This document shows, one piece after another, positions 45,146 to 54,997 of a stretch of DNA of 64,000 nucleotides (its first letter is position 1; every line of letters starts with the position of its first letter). The notes under the pieces were generated by a model. It was given only the letters and a program-made list of their open reading frames with translations, did no database searches and had not been told where the DNA came from. Source of the stretch: an uncultured Planctomycetaceae bacterium (GTDB lineage: Bacteria > Planctomycetota > Planctomycetia > Planctomycetales > Planctomycetaceae); contig CAWFAK010000005.1 in assembly GCA_963813715.1 (NCBI GenBank), positions 352,001-416,000 on the forward strand, written 5' to 3'. The translations under genes and the position numbers were made by a program.

Positions 45146-46280
45146 ATGCCCTGGCTGGCTTTAAAGATGTTGTTGGGCGATCGGGCCAAGTATCTGGCCA
45201 TCGTCGCCGGCATTGCCTTTTCCGCGCTGCTCATTGCGCAGCAGTCGGCGATTTTCTGCGGCTTGATGCGGCGGCACGGTGGGCCAGCTGCGCGACGTCA
45301 CGGACGCCGACATTTGGGTGATGGATCCGTCCGTCGAATACCTCGACGAGCTGAAACCGATGAAGGAGAACCACGTCTACCAGGTGCAGGGAGTGCCCGG
45401 AGTGGCCTGGGCCGTCCGCTTCTGCAAGGGGCAGGCCCGCATGAAGCTCTTCGACGGCAAGTATCAACAGGCGATCGTGCTCGGACTGGACGACGCCACC
45501 TTCGTCGGCGCACCGCAAAACATGCTGCTGGGCTCGCTCGCCGGGCTCAAGCTGCCCGACGCCGTGATCATGGACGAGATTGGGTACCGCTACCTGTGGC
45601 CGGGAAAGCCGCTCCAGATCGGCGGCACGTTTGAAATGAACGATCACCGGGCCGTGATCGTCGGAATCTGCAAGGCGAATCGGACGTTTCAAACGTTCCC
45701 GATTCTTTACACGCGCTACAACCTGGCGCTGCAGTACGTGCCGCAGGAGCGGCGCGTGCTCCCCTTCGTGCTGGTGAAGGGCCAACCCGGATTGACCACG
45801 ACGGAAGTTTGTGAGCGGATCACACAGCAGACGGGGCTCGAGGCGCTGCCCCGCGAGGAATTCGGCTGGAGAACCGTCGGCTATTACATGAAGCGGACGG
45901 GCATCCCCATCAACTTTGGACTCACCGTGGTGTTGGGGTTCGTCGTTGGCTGCGCAATCGCGGGCCAGACCTTCTACACCTTTGTCCTGGAAAACATGAA
46001 CCAGTTTGGGGCGTTGAAAGCCATGGGCGTCAGCAACCTGAAGCTCGTCGGCATGGTGCTTTTTCAGGCCCTGGTCGTGGCGACGTTGGGGTACGGCTTG
46101 GGAATCGGACTAGCGGCCTTGTTCGGTGTGCTCACGCAAAACACCGAGGTCTCCTTCTTCCTTCCGTGGCAGGTGCTGGGCCTGACGGCCGTCGCGACCG
46201 CGCTGATTGCCGTCTTGGCCAGCGTGATCAGCATCCGGCCTGTGCTGTATCTCGAACCGGCGGTCGTGTTTCGAGGCTGA
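45146..46280 (+). CDS. ABC transporter permease (MacB/FtsX, DevC-like), copy 2 (frameshift at ~45275)
   Basis: LALKMLLGDRAKY; ADIWVMDP; GQTFYTFVLENMNQFGALKAMG; LEPAVVFRG. Confidence 0.88.
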
Positions 46281-46303
46281 TACGCCTTACTTGAGAGCGG
46301 ACG

Positions 46304-47134
46304 ATGATCTGGCGCAACGCGACAAAACGAGAAACCGACGATTCCGGCACGGTCGGACTGCTGAACGGCCCGACGACCGCCGTCGTCTGTCGCCAGGTGA
46401 CCAAGGAATTCGGCGACGGCGATTCCCGGGTCTTCGCGCTGCGTGGCATCGACCTGGAAGTTTACGGCGGCGAGCTGACGCTGTTGGTCGGTCCGTCGGG
46501 CTGCGGCAAAACGACGCTGATCTCGATCATCGCCGGCCTGCTCGATCCGACGGCCGGCTCGCTGGAAGTGTTGGGGGAAGACCTGAGCCGGATGCGCGGC
46601 GGACAGCTCGTCGATTTTCGCGGCGCCAACGTCGGCTTTGTGTTTCAGCAGTACAACTTGCTCCCCGCGTTGACGGCGGCTGAGAATGCGGCCGTGCCGC
46701 TGATCATTGCCGGCCGTCCCCGCCGGGAAGCCATCGCCAAGGCCCGGGACATTTTGGCGGCGCTCGAGATGAGTGACCGGGCCGACGCCCTGCCTTCGAC
46801 GTTGTCGGGCGGCCAGCAGCAACGGGTGGCGATTGCCCGGGCCCTCGTCCACGAGCCGCGCCTGCTGGTGTGCGACGAGCCGACGGCCGCGCTCGACGCG
46901 CGTTCCGGCCGCACCGTGCTCGACCTGGTGAAGCGCGTGGCCGTGCAGCCGGATCGGGCCGTGATCGTCGTCACCCATGACAATCGAATTTTCGACTTCG
47001 GCGACCGGATCGTCACCATGAACGACGGCCGCATCGAAAGCGTGACAGACCAGAAAAACGCAGGCGGGCCGAAATCCGTCCCGCACAGCGCGTTGGAACC
47101 GCGCGCTTGGCCTTTTGAATCAGGTGAAGCATGA
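46304..47134 (+). CDS. ABC transporter ATP-binding protein (LolD/DevA-like)
   Basis: GPSGCGKT; GFVFQQYNL; LSGGQQQRVAIARAL; CDEPT; VTHD. Confidence 0.93.
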   Translation: MIWRNATKRETDDSGTVGLLNGPTTAVVCRQVTKEFGDGDSRVFALRGIDLEVYGGELTLLVGPSGCGKTTLISIIAGLLDPTAGSLEVLGEDLSRMRGGQLVDFRGANVGFVFQQYNLLPALTAAENAAVPLIIAGRPRREAIAKARDILAALEMSDRADALPSTLSGGQQQRVAIARALVHEPRLLVCDEPTAALDARSGRTVLDLVKRVAVQPDRAVIVVTHDNRIFDFGDRIVTMNDGRIESVTDQKNAGGPKSVPHSALEPRAWPFESGEA

Positions 47135-48057
47135 AAATCAGAATGGGGAAGTTCTTCCTGCCGTTCCTGGCCGCGGGCATGCTGGGCTTTGCGATCTATC
47201 ACGTGGCGATGGCGCAAAAGACGTACACCAAGGCGCCGCCGCCGATCGAACCGCCGACCACTCCGTTCGGCCACACGGTCGCCGGATCGGGCATCGTCGA
47301 GCCGAACAACGAAGCTAGCACGACTTCGGCCATCGCCGTCGGTTCGCAGATTTCGGGGGTGGTCACTCACGTTCACGTGCGAATCAATCAGAACGTGAAG
47401 TTGGGCGACCTGTTGTTTGAGCTGGATAAACGGGCCGCGCTCGCCGACCTGCACGTTCGCGAAGCGCAAGTCGGCGTCGCCGACTCCAACGTCCGCCTGC
47501 AGAAGGACCAGTTGGACCGAGGCGCCAAGCTACTGCCGCGGCAGGCGATCACCGAGCAGGACTACGTCACGCGCGTCGAGAACTACCGTTCGGCGCTGGC
47601 GTCGTTGGAGCTGGCCAAGGTGCAGGTGGAGCAAGGGAAGACGGCCGTCGATCTGCTCGAGATTCGCGCCCCCGTGGACGGCACGATCCTGCAGATTAAC
47701 ATCCGCCCCGGCGAATTCGTGTCGATCTCGGGCAATCAATCGATGATCCAGATGGGCAACATGCAGCCGCTGCACGTCCGCGTCGACGTCGACGAAGAAG
47801 ACCTGCCGCGACTGAAGCTCAACGCGCCGGCCACTGCCAAGATTCGCGGCGACGCCCTCCAGCAGGAGGTGCCGCTGCACTTCGTGCGGCTCGAGCCATT
47901 CGCCATGCCCAAGGTTTCGCTCACCGGAGCTAACACGGAACGAGTCGACACGCGGGTGGTGCAGGTGATCTACGCGATCGAGCCGAACAACAAGCTTGTC
48001 GCCGAGAGGAAGATCCTGGTCGGCCAACTCTTGGACGTGTTCATCGACAGCAAGTGA
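47131..48057 (+). CDS. Efflux periplasmic adaptor (HlyD/MFP family)
   Basis: N-terminal TM; lipoyl halves ISGVVTHVHV...GDLLFELD and IRAPVDGTILQINIRPGE; ERVDTRVVQVIY; ATGA overlap with the ATPase gene. Confidence 0.88.
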   Translation: MKIRMGKFFLPFLAAGMLGFAIYHVAMAQKTYTKAPPPIEPPTTPFGHTVAGSGIVEPNNEASTTSAIAVGSQISGVVTHVHVRINQNVKLGDLLFELDKRAALADLHVREAQVGVADSNVRLQKDQLDRGAKLLPRQAITEQDYVTRVENYRSALASLELAKVQVEQGKTAVDLLEIRAPVDGTILQINIRPGEFVSISGNQSMIQMGNMQPLHVRVDVDEEDLPRLKLNAPATAKIRGDALQQEVPLHFVRLEPFAMPKVSLTGANTERVDTRVVQVIYAIEPNNKLVAERKILVGQLLDVFIDSK

Positions 48058-48366
48058 CCGGGTCGCCTGAGCGCTGCCGGTGTCATCTTGACTTGTGGGT
48101 TGCACGGCGTGGTTCCGCCATCTCGGGCCACGCCGTGCTTTATTAATGCCCGGTAATTCGCCGCAACCTCTGATGGCGAATGCACGAATGCGATTCTTGC
48201 GGAGCGCAACGAGCGGCTGCTGATGCCGCGCGGCGGCCCGCCGGTTCGATCTTGTCGCGCCTCTCGATTTCGCCTACCTTCCCGCCTCTATTCTGCGGGC
48301 CGACTGCCGATTCCCATCTCTGGGTTTTCCCTTCCTCCCGTCTGAGTTCGCTGGAGGCCCCAACCC

Positions 48367-48969
48367 ATGCGTGGCGATTCGCCCTTCGTCCGACAATCGA
48401 TCCGCTTTGTTCGTCAGTCCAAACGGCCGTTGGCGCTGGTGCTTGTCGCCGCGTTTTCGATTCACGCGGTCTCGTGTGGGACGATCATTCACCCCGAGCG
48501 GTGGGGTCAGCCGCGAACCGGCCCGCTCGATCCATCGATCGTCATTCTCGACGGCTTGGGCGTGTTGTTGTTCGTGATTCCGGGCGTGGTGGCGTTCGTC
48601 GTCGATTTTTCGACCGGTGCCATCTATCTGCCCGGGCCGTCTGCCTACTATCCGGCGCCGCCGGGAGGTTATCCGCCTCCGCCGTCCTATCCGCCGCCCG
48701 GCGCTTACCCGCCGCCTGGCGCCTATCCGGCCGGCGGAAATTATGCAGCGCCCGGCACCTCGTCGGCCTATCCGCCTCCGCCACCGACGGGCGTTCCCAT
48801 GACGCGGATCGACGTCGATCCCACGCAGCTCAACAAGGACAAGATCCAAGCGGTAATCCGTGCCCAAACCGGACGCGACGTCAACCTCGATGATCCGGAC
48901 GTGGCGGTGCAACCCGTGCCCAACGTGGACGACGCGTCGCGTTTGCTGAACGCTGCCCGCCAGCCCTGA
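48367..48969 (+). CDS. Putative lipoprotein with an internal Tyr/Pro-rich repeat
   Basis: GGAGG RBS; AVSCGTIIHPERWGQP; hydrophobic hairpin ILDGLGVLLFVIPGVVAFVVDFSTGAIYLP; repeated YPPP. Confidence 0.75.
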   Translation: MRGDSPFVRQSIRFVRQSKRPLALVLVAAFSIHAVSCGTIIHPERWGQPRTGPLDPSIVILDGLGVLLFVIPGVVAFVVDFSTGAIYLPGPSAYYPAPPGGYPPPPSYPPPGAYPPPGAYPAGGNYAAPGTSSAYPPPPPTGVPMTRIDVDPTQLNKDKIQAVIRAQTGRDVNLDDPDVAVQPVPNVDDASRLLNAARQP

Positions 48970-49144
48970 CCATCAGGTGAAGGGCCCGCGCCCCCTCGAG
49001 CCGGACGAATCTGGCACGAGCCTCCTGCGGGGGCTACGATAAAGTTCCGGCGTCACTGGGCTGGAGCCTTGCGGACCCGCGGATTTTCGCGTCGGTTCCG
49101 AAGTTGCCGCGGCTCGCCCGGCGCCCTGCTACGACACGTTCGTC

Positions 49145-52100
49145 ATGCACTACGTTCCCGACTCGGCCCGCGACTTTCTGCCCGACGGTGCGGCACAGCG
49201 AACGGGATCGGGACTGCCCGGCGGCCGACTTTCCGCCACCAGCTTTCACTACCAGTCCGCACCGGTCTATTTCCTGACACTGATCGTCGGGGCCCTGCTC
49301 GCCGCCGATTTGGTGATCGGCCTGTTTGCCGACCCCGCGTGGTCAGTTTACCGAGCGCCGTTCGGTTTTCGGCTGGCCCTCTTGGCGGCGGTGCTTGGCG
49401 GCGGGCGGATCCTCTATCAGACGCTCGACGGGCTCTTCGAGGGGCGAGTCGGAGCGGAGCTGGCCCTGACGATCGCCGCTTTGGCGGCCATCATGCTTGG
49501 CGAATATATGACGGCCGCGCTCGTGGTCTTCATCGCGCTCTGCGGCGAAAGCGTCGAGGGCTATACGCTCGATCGCGCCCAGTCGGCCATTCGTCGCGTC
49601 TTCGATCTTTGCCCCGCGGTGGCGCATGTCGTCCGCGGCGGGCGCGAGGTGGACGTTCCCGTCGGCGAAGTCGGCGCGGGCGAAACCGTGACCATCCGTC
49701 CCGGGGAGCGCGTGCCCGTCGACGGCACCGTCTCGTCCGGCGTCTCGACCGTCGACCAAAGTGCGCTCACCGGGGAGAGCTTGCCCGCCGACAAACAAGC
49801 CGGAGCGGAAGTCTTCACCGGCACGCTCAATCAATACGGATCGCTGAGCGTAGTCGCCAAGAAAGTTGGGCCCGACACCACGCTGGCGCAAGTCGTCGAA
49901 CTGGTCGCTCAGGCCACGCAGCAGAAGACGCCCCTGGAGCGGACGGCCGATCGGCTGGCCCGTGTCTTCTTGCCCTTCGTGCTGGGCGCGGCAGTGCTGA
50001 CGTTGATTGGCTGGTGGTGGAGCACGGGCGAGTGGCGCGCGGGCTTTCGGCCGGCGCTTGCCGTGCTGGTCGTCGCCTGCCCGTGTCCGCTGATTCTGGC
50101 GACACCCACGGCCGTCATCGCCGCTATGGCGTGGCTGGCGCGCAAAGGCGTCGTCGTGAAGGGCTCGGCCGCGCTCGAGAGCCTGGCCAGTGTCGACACC
50201 ATCGCTTTCGACAAAACGGGGACGCTCACCCGCGGCGAACTCGCGCTCGGCGCGATCGTGGCCTTGCCGCCCTTGTCCGAGACCGAGTTGCTCCGCGTGG
50301 CGGCCATCGCCGAGCGGCGCAGCGAGCACCTCCTGGCGCGCTTGATTGTCCGCGAAGCCGAAGCCCGCAATCTCGTGGTGCCGGGGATCGAAGAGTTCAC
50401 GCTGCATCCTGGCGCCGGCGTGGTGGCCCGCGTCCGCGCGACGCTCTTGGGCCCGTGGGTCGACGAGACGAGCGGCCTGTGTGCGGTGATCGTCGGCAAT
50501 CGCCGGTTGCTCGAAGCGCAACAGGTCGTTGTCGATGCGGCCTTCGAGGCGCAGCTCACCCAAATCGAAGAGAGCGGCGCCACCACGATGCTGGTCGCGG
50601 TCGACGGCCGGCTGCTCGGAGCGATCGGCGTCCGCGATGCGCTCCGCGACGAAAGTCGGTCCGTGATCGCCGAGCTGAAACGCTCCGGTGTGAAATCGTT
50701 CGCCCTGCTCACCGGCGATCGCCCGCAAGCGGCCCGCACCGTGGCCGACGCATTGGGCGTTTTCGACGAGGTCCAGTCCGGCCTGTTTCCCGCCGACAAG
50801 GCCCGCTGGATCGACGAGCAACAGCGACGGGGCCGACGGGTGGCCATGGTGGGCGACGGAATCAACGACGCGCCGGCCCTCGCTGCGGCCGACGTCGGTA
50901 TCGCGCTGGGGGGCGTCGGCAGCGACATCGCGGCCGAGGCCGGCTCGCTGGTGCTGATGGGCGATCCGCTGCGGCCGCTGCCCGGACTGTTGCGACTGTC
51001 CCACGCGCTCGTTCGCAACATTCGCCAGAGCATTTTGATCTTTGCCTTCGGCATGAACGCGGTCGGCATGCTGCTTTCCTCGTTCGGCCTGCTGAGCCCG
51101 GTGCTCGCCGCCGTGTTCCACGAAGCGGCCTCGCTCGCCGTGATGGTCAATGCGACGCGGCTCTTGGGCTTCGAGCGGCTGCAATCATCGACGGCGGCCG
51201 GAGTATGGGAGCAGTTTTCGCGGGGCGCGGAATGGCTCACGCAAGCGCTTTCGCCCAGCCGCTGGATTTTTCGGCTGATCGAGAACCGCGCCGTCGTGCT
51301 GGGCGTCCTCGTGCCGGCGATTGTCTTTGTCTGGCTGTTGTCCGGCATCGTTTGCATCCGCGATAACGAGCGGGCCTTCGTCACCCGCTTCGGCCGGGCC
51401 GAGGCCGATCTGCCCGCGGGAGTCCATTGGCGGCTGCCTGTTCCGTTCGAGCGAATCTATCGCGAGCCGGCCGACAAGCTGCGCACCGTGCAGATCGGCT
51501 TTCGTGGATCCGACGCGCGACCGGCGTCCGACCCTGCCGTGGTCGGCGAACCGATCGAATGGACCAGCGAGCATAACGAAGCGGGTTTCGAGGGGCGTCC
51601 CGACGAGTCGCTCGTGCTGACCGGGGACGAAGTGCTCGTCGAAATGACGGCCGAAGTCCAGTGGCGAATCGCCGACATGCGGCAATACGCGTTCGGATCG
51701 GTTCGCCCTGCCGAGACTCTCCGGACCGTGGCCGAAAGCGTCCTCCGCGGGATGGCCAGCCGGCAAACGCTCGACGGAATTCTCACGGAGCGGCGGCAAG
51801 CGATCGAGGACGATTGCCTGGCGCGGCTCCGCGGTCGCATCAAGCCGCTGGGCCTGGGAATCGAAGTCACCGAGCTGACGCTGCTCGACGTTCACCCGCC
51901 GCGGCCCGCCGTTTCGGCCTATCGCGACGTGGCCGACGCGCTCGAAGAAAAGGAAGAACGCATCAACGAGGCGGAGGCCTATTACGCCGGTCGGCTGTTG
52001 CGCGCGGCCGGCGAACGGGCCGTGCTGATGTTAAGCGATGCGGCTGCTGATTCGAGACAGCGGTTCGATAAAACGACGGCCGGCGGCGTCTCCGGCTGGA

Positions 52101-52600
52101 CGCTGACGGACGCTCTCTGGTCAAAGCTCAATCCCGAGTCGCCGACGACGGAGCTCGTCCTTTCGGGCGAAGCGGCCACCGTCCTGTTGGGTGCGCGAGC
52201 GCAGGCGACGCAAACCACGCAAGCCGCCGGCGGACAGGCCGATCGCTTCAAAGAACTGCTGGGCGCATATCGGTCTCAGCCAGAGCTGACTGGCCGACAC
52301 CTCTATTGGCAGGCGGTCATCGATTCGCTCTCCGGGCGGGCAGTGACGATCATCGACCCCAAGGCGGGCGGCCACAAACGGCTCCTGCTCGGCAGCCCCG
52401 ACGACTTGCGGAACGGCGGCCTGCTCCGCGAGATCGGCTCCGAAGCCCCGTCGACCTCCACGAATCCCACGGACGTGGCAAGCCCAACCGGTGCCCCGAA
52501 CACAACCCCAACTGAGCCGTCGCCAAACGTCCCGTCGGACCGGCCGGCCGAATCCGATCCGTCCAACCGCGGAAGTTCAAACAACGAGTCCAATCGCTGA
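49145..52600 (+). CDS. P1B-type heavy-metal ATPase fused to a C-terminal HflK-like SPFH (band 7) domain
   Basis: One uninterrupted 1151 aa ORF: TGES, ACPCPL, DKTGTLT, TGD, GDGINDAP, VFHEAAS; then a TM segment and RFG...GVHWRLPVP...LTGDE...VQWRI...DVHPP...AYRDV...INEAEAY. Confidence 0.92.
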   Translation: MHYVPDSARDFLPDGAAQRTGSGLPGGRLSATSFHYQSAPVYFLTLIVGALLAADLVIGLFADPAWSVYRAPFGFRLALLAAVLGGGRILYQTLDGLFEGRVGAELALTIAALAAIMLGEYMTAALVVFIALCGESVEGYTLDRAQSAIRRVFDLCPAVAHVVRGGREVDVPVGEVGAGETVTIRPGERVPVDGTVSSGVSTVDQSALTGESLPADKQAGAEVFTGTLNQYGSLSVVAKKVGPDTTLAQVVELVAQATQQKTPLERTADRLARVFLPFVLGAAVLTLIGWWWSTGEWRAGFRPALAVLVVACPCPLILATPTAVIAAMAWLARKGVVVKGSAALESLASVDTIAFDKTGTLTRGELALGAIVALPPLSETELLRVAAIAERRSEHLLARLIVREAEARNLVVPGIEEFTLHPGAGVVARVRATLLGPWVDETSGLCAVIVGNRRLLEAQQVVVDAAFEAQLTQIEESGATTMLVAVDGRLLGAIGVRDALRDESRSVIAELKRSGVKSFALLTGDRPQAARTVADALGVFDEVQSGLFPADKARWIDEQQRRGRRVAMVGDGINDAPALAAADVGIALGGVGSDIAAEAGSLVLMGDPLRPLPGLLRLSHALVRNIRQSILIFAFGMNAVGMLLSSFGLLSPVLAAVFHEAASLAVMVNATRLLGFERLQSSTAAGVWEQFSRGAEWLTQALSPSRWIFRLIENRAVVLGVLVPAIVFVWLLSGIVCIRDNERAFVTRFGRAEADLPAGVHWRLPVPFERIYREPADKLRTVQIGFRGSDARPASDPAVVGEPIEWTSEHNEAGFEGRPDESLVLTGDEVLVEMTAEVQWRIADMRQYAFGSVRPAETLRTVAESVLRGMASRQTLDGILTERRQAIEDDCLARLRGRIKPLGLGIEVTELTLLDVHPPRPAVSAYRDVADALEEKEERINEAEAYYAGRLLRAAGERAVLMLSDAAADSRQRFDKTTAGGVSGWTLTDALWSKLNPESPTTELVLSGEAATVLLGARAQATQTTQAAGGQADRFKELLGAYRSQPELTGRHLYWQAVIDSLSGRAVTIIDPKAGGHKRLLLGSPDDLRNGGLLREIGSEAPSTSTNPTDVASPTGAPNTTPTEPSPNVPSDRPAESDPSNRGSSNNESNR

Positions 52601-52623
52601 ACCTCAGCGCTGAAGTCGAAACC

Positions 52624-53829
52624 ATGATCGATCGTAGTTCGGATCAGTTCGCTCGTACCCCGCCCGACGGACTGAGTCCACCGCCCGACGGCCGCTTCGC
52701 GCGACGCCTCGGGCTCTTTGCGCTGGCGCTCTCCTCGTCGGACTTGCGGCGACCTGCGTGATCTTTGTCGACGAGCGGGAGGCGGTGATCGTCGAGCGGT
52801 TTGGCAGCATTGTGCGAGTTTACGATCGCGAGGCCGACCGTGGAGCCCACTTCAAGCTTCCCTGGCCCATCGATCTGGCCCGCCGCTTCGATCGCCGCGT
52901 GCAGTTGTTCACGCCGTCGGCCCGCGAGATGTTTACGAGCGATAAGAAGAACGTCACGGTCGACGTCTACATCTGCTGGCGAATCGCCCAGCCGCCGGAA
53001 GGTGCCGCCGACGCACCGGGCGAACGGCCCGTGGTGCGCTTCTATCGCGGGCTGGGCAGCAGCGACGTGGCCGAGGCCCGTCTGGAAAGCCGCGTCCGCT
53101 CGATCCTGACGACGGCGCTCGGCCAGGTCGAGCTGAGCCATCTGCTCGGTGTGAAGAATTCCGAGCAGGGCCCGGCGAAGAACGAGACCGGGCCGCTCGA
53201 TCGCCTGTCCGAAACCGTCCGCGACGAAACGCTCAAGCGGGGGAGCGAGTCCGAGTCGCTCCGTGATCGGCTCGGTATCGAAGTCGTCGATCTGCGGATC
53301 ACGCGGCTCAATTTGCCGCAGGGCAACCAGCAGGCCGTCTTCGATCGAATGAAGAGCGAGCGGAAGAAAATTGCCGACCGGTATCGCTCGGCGGGACTGG
53401 CGGAAAACCAGATGCTTCGCAGCCAGGCCGACCGGCAATACAACGAGCTTTTGGCGAAGACTCGGGCCGACGCTGAGCGGATTCGCGGCGTCGCCGAAGC
53501 CGAGGCTGTCCGCGTGCTGAACGCGGCCCACGGGCAGGATCCCGAATTCTACGCCGTGCTCGCGGCGCTCGATGCGTACCGCAAGATTCTCAATGACCGC
53601 ACGACCCTGGTGCTTTCCGCGTCGAGCAGCATGCTCAAGCTGCTGACCGACGGGATCCCCGAGCTGAAGAGCCGGCCCGAGCCGGTGCCTCGCACCACCG
53701 CGCGGCCGCCACTGTCGCCAAACGGCAAATCGCCGACCGGCAAGACGGCGCTCACCCCCAAAAGCGCCGCCCGGCAGCCCCAGCCGCCGGCGTCCGGCCA
53801 TTTCGGGCATGTCGGGAGGGGGCCGATGA
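52624..53829 (+). CDS. hflC: HflC-like SPFH protease modulator (frameshift at ~52735; 3' end inferred)
   Basis: VDEREAVIVERFG; GAHFKLPWP; FDRRV; TSDKKNVTVD; GIEVVDLRITRLNLP; VFDRMKSER; RGVAEAEA; DPEFY. Confidence 0.82.
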
Positions 53830-54916
53830 AGCGCATTGCGCTCGGCGGCGCGCTGCTCGTGGCCGTCTATCTGGCGACTGGCTTTTATGTCGTGCGCGGG
53901 AACGAAAAGGCGGCCGTCCGTCATTTCGGCCGTTTCATCCGGACGCCGGAGAATCGCGTCGCCCTGGAAGGGAGCGGTCTGCACTACACACTGCCGTGGC
54001 CCTGTTCGGACATCGAGCGGATCAACCTCAACGAAGTGCGGACGCTGTCGATCGGCATGGGCGAAGTCGCCGAGCCGGGGGCCGGCGGTTTTCTGCGTTC
54101 GCTCGAGGCGGAGAACCGCTCGCAGTTTCTGACGGGCGACAAAAACATCCTGCATCTGCAGATCAACGCTCAGTATCGCGTGGCCGACCCGACGGTCGAA
54201 GACTTTCTGTCCCGCTCGGCGGCGCCGGAACGCCACCTCGAGCGAATCGTGGAGGCGGTGGCGGCCGGGCTGATCGCGCAGAGCGGAGTCGATTTCGTGC
54301 ACCCGCTCGGCCAGGTCGAGCTGAACGCGTTGTTGACGGCCGGCGTGCGTCGCCTTGCCGAAGAGCAGCGACTGGGTGTGGAAATCGACGACGTGGCGAT
54401 CAATGCCGTCTATCCGCCGATCCTGGTGAAATCGTACTTTCTCGACGTGACGAGCGCTCGGGCCGATAAGATCAATTCCATCAACGAGGGATTGGCCTAC
54501 GCCGAGGCCCGCCATTCCGCCGCGCAGGCCGAAGCCCGCAGCACGCTCGACGAAGCGGCCAGCTACCGTCAGCAGACGGTCGAATCGGCGCGGGCCGAAG
54601 CGGAGAGTTTTTCGCGACTGATCGAACAGTTGCGACACGAGGAACAGTCGGGAGCGGGCGGACGCACTTACGTGCAAGCCCGGCAGATGGCCCTCACCCG
54701 CCGTTATTACGACACGATGCGCGACGTGTTGAAAACGGTCGCGACGAAAGTCCTGCTCAATTCGGGCGAACCGGCCGACCTGACGATCTTCACTCCCACA
54801 GGTCGGCCTCCCGCCGCAGCTCCTTCCGCTGGGCAAGCGCCGACACCCCGGCGCCCGCCGCGACCCGGCGCCCTGCCGCCGGCGGATCGGAAACGCCCCC
54901 GGCCTGGTTGCGCTAG
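53826..54916 (+). CDS. hflK: HflK-like SPFH protease modulator (3' end uncertain)
   Basis: GGGAGGGG RBS and ATG 53826; TGFYVVRGNEKAAVRHFGR; GLHYTLPWP; FLTGDKNI; VYPP; FLDVTSARAD; ARAEAESF; RRYYDTMRDVL. Confidence 0.8.
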
Positions 54917-54997
54917 CGGGTCAAAACTTGACTCATTCCGCGCGAATCGGGCGACATTTTGTGTCGCACCCGCTCAAAATTGCCGATTTTTGAGATT

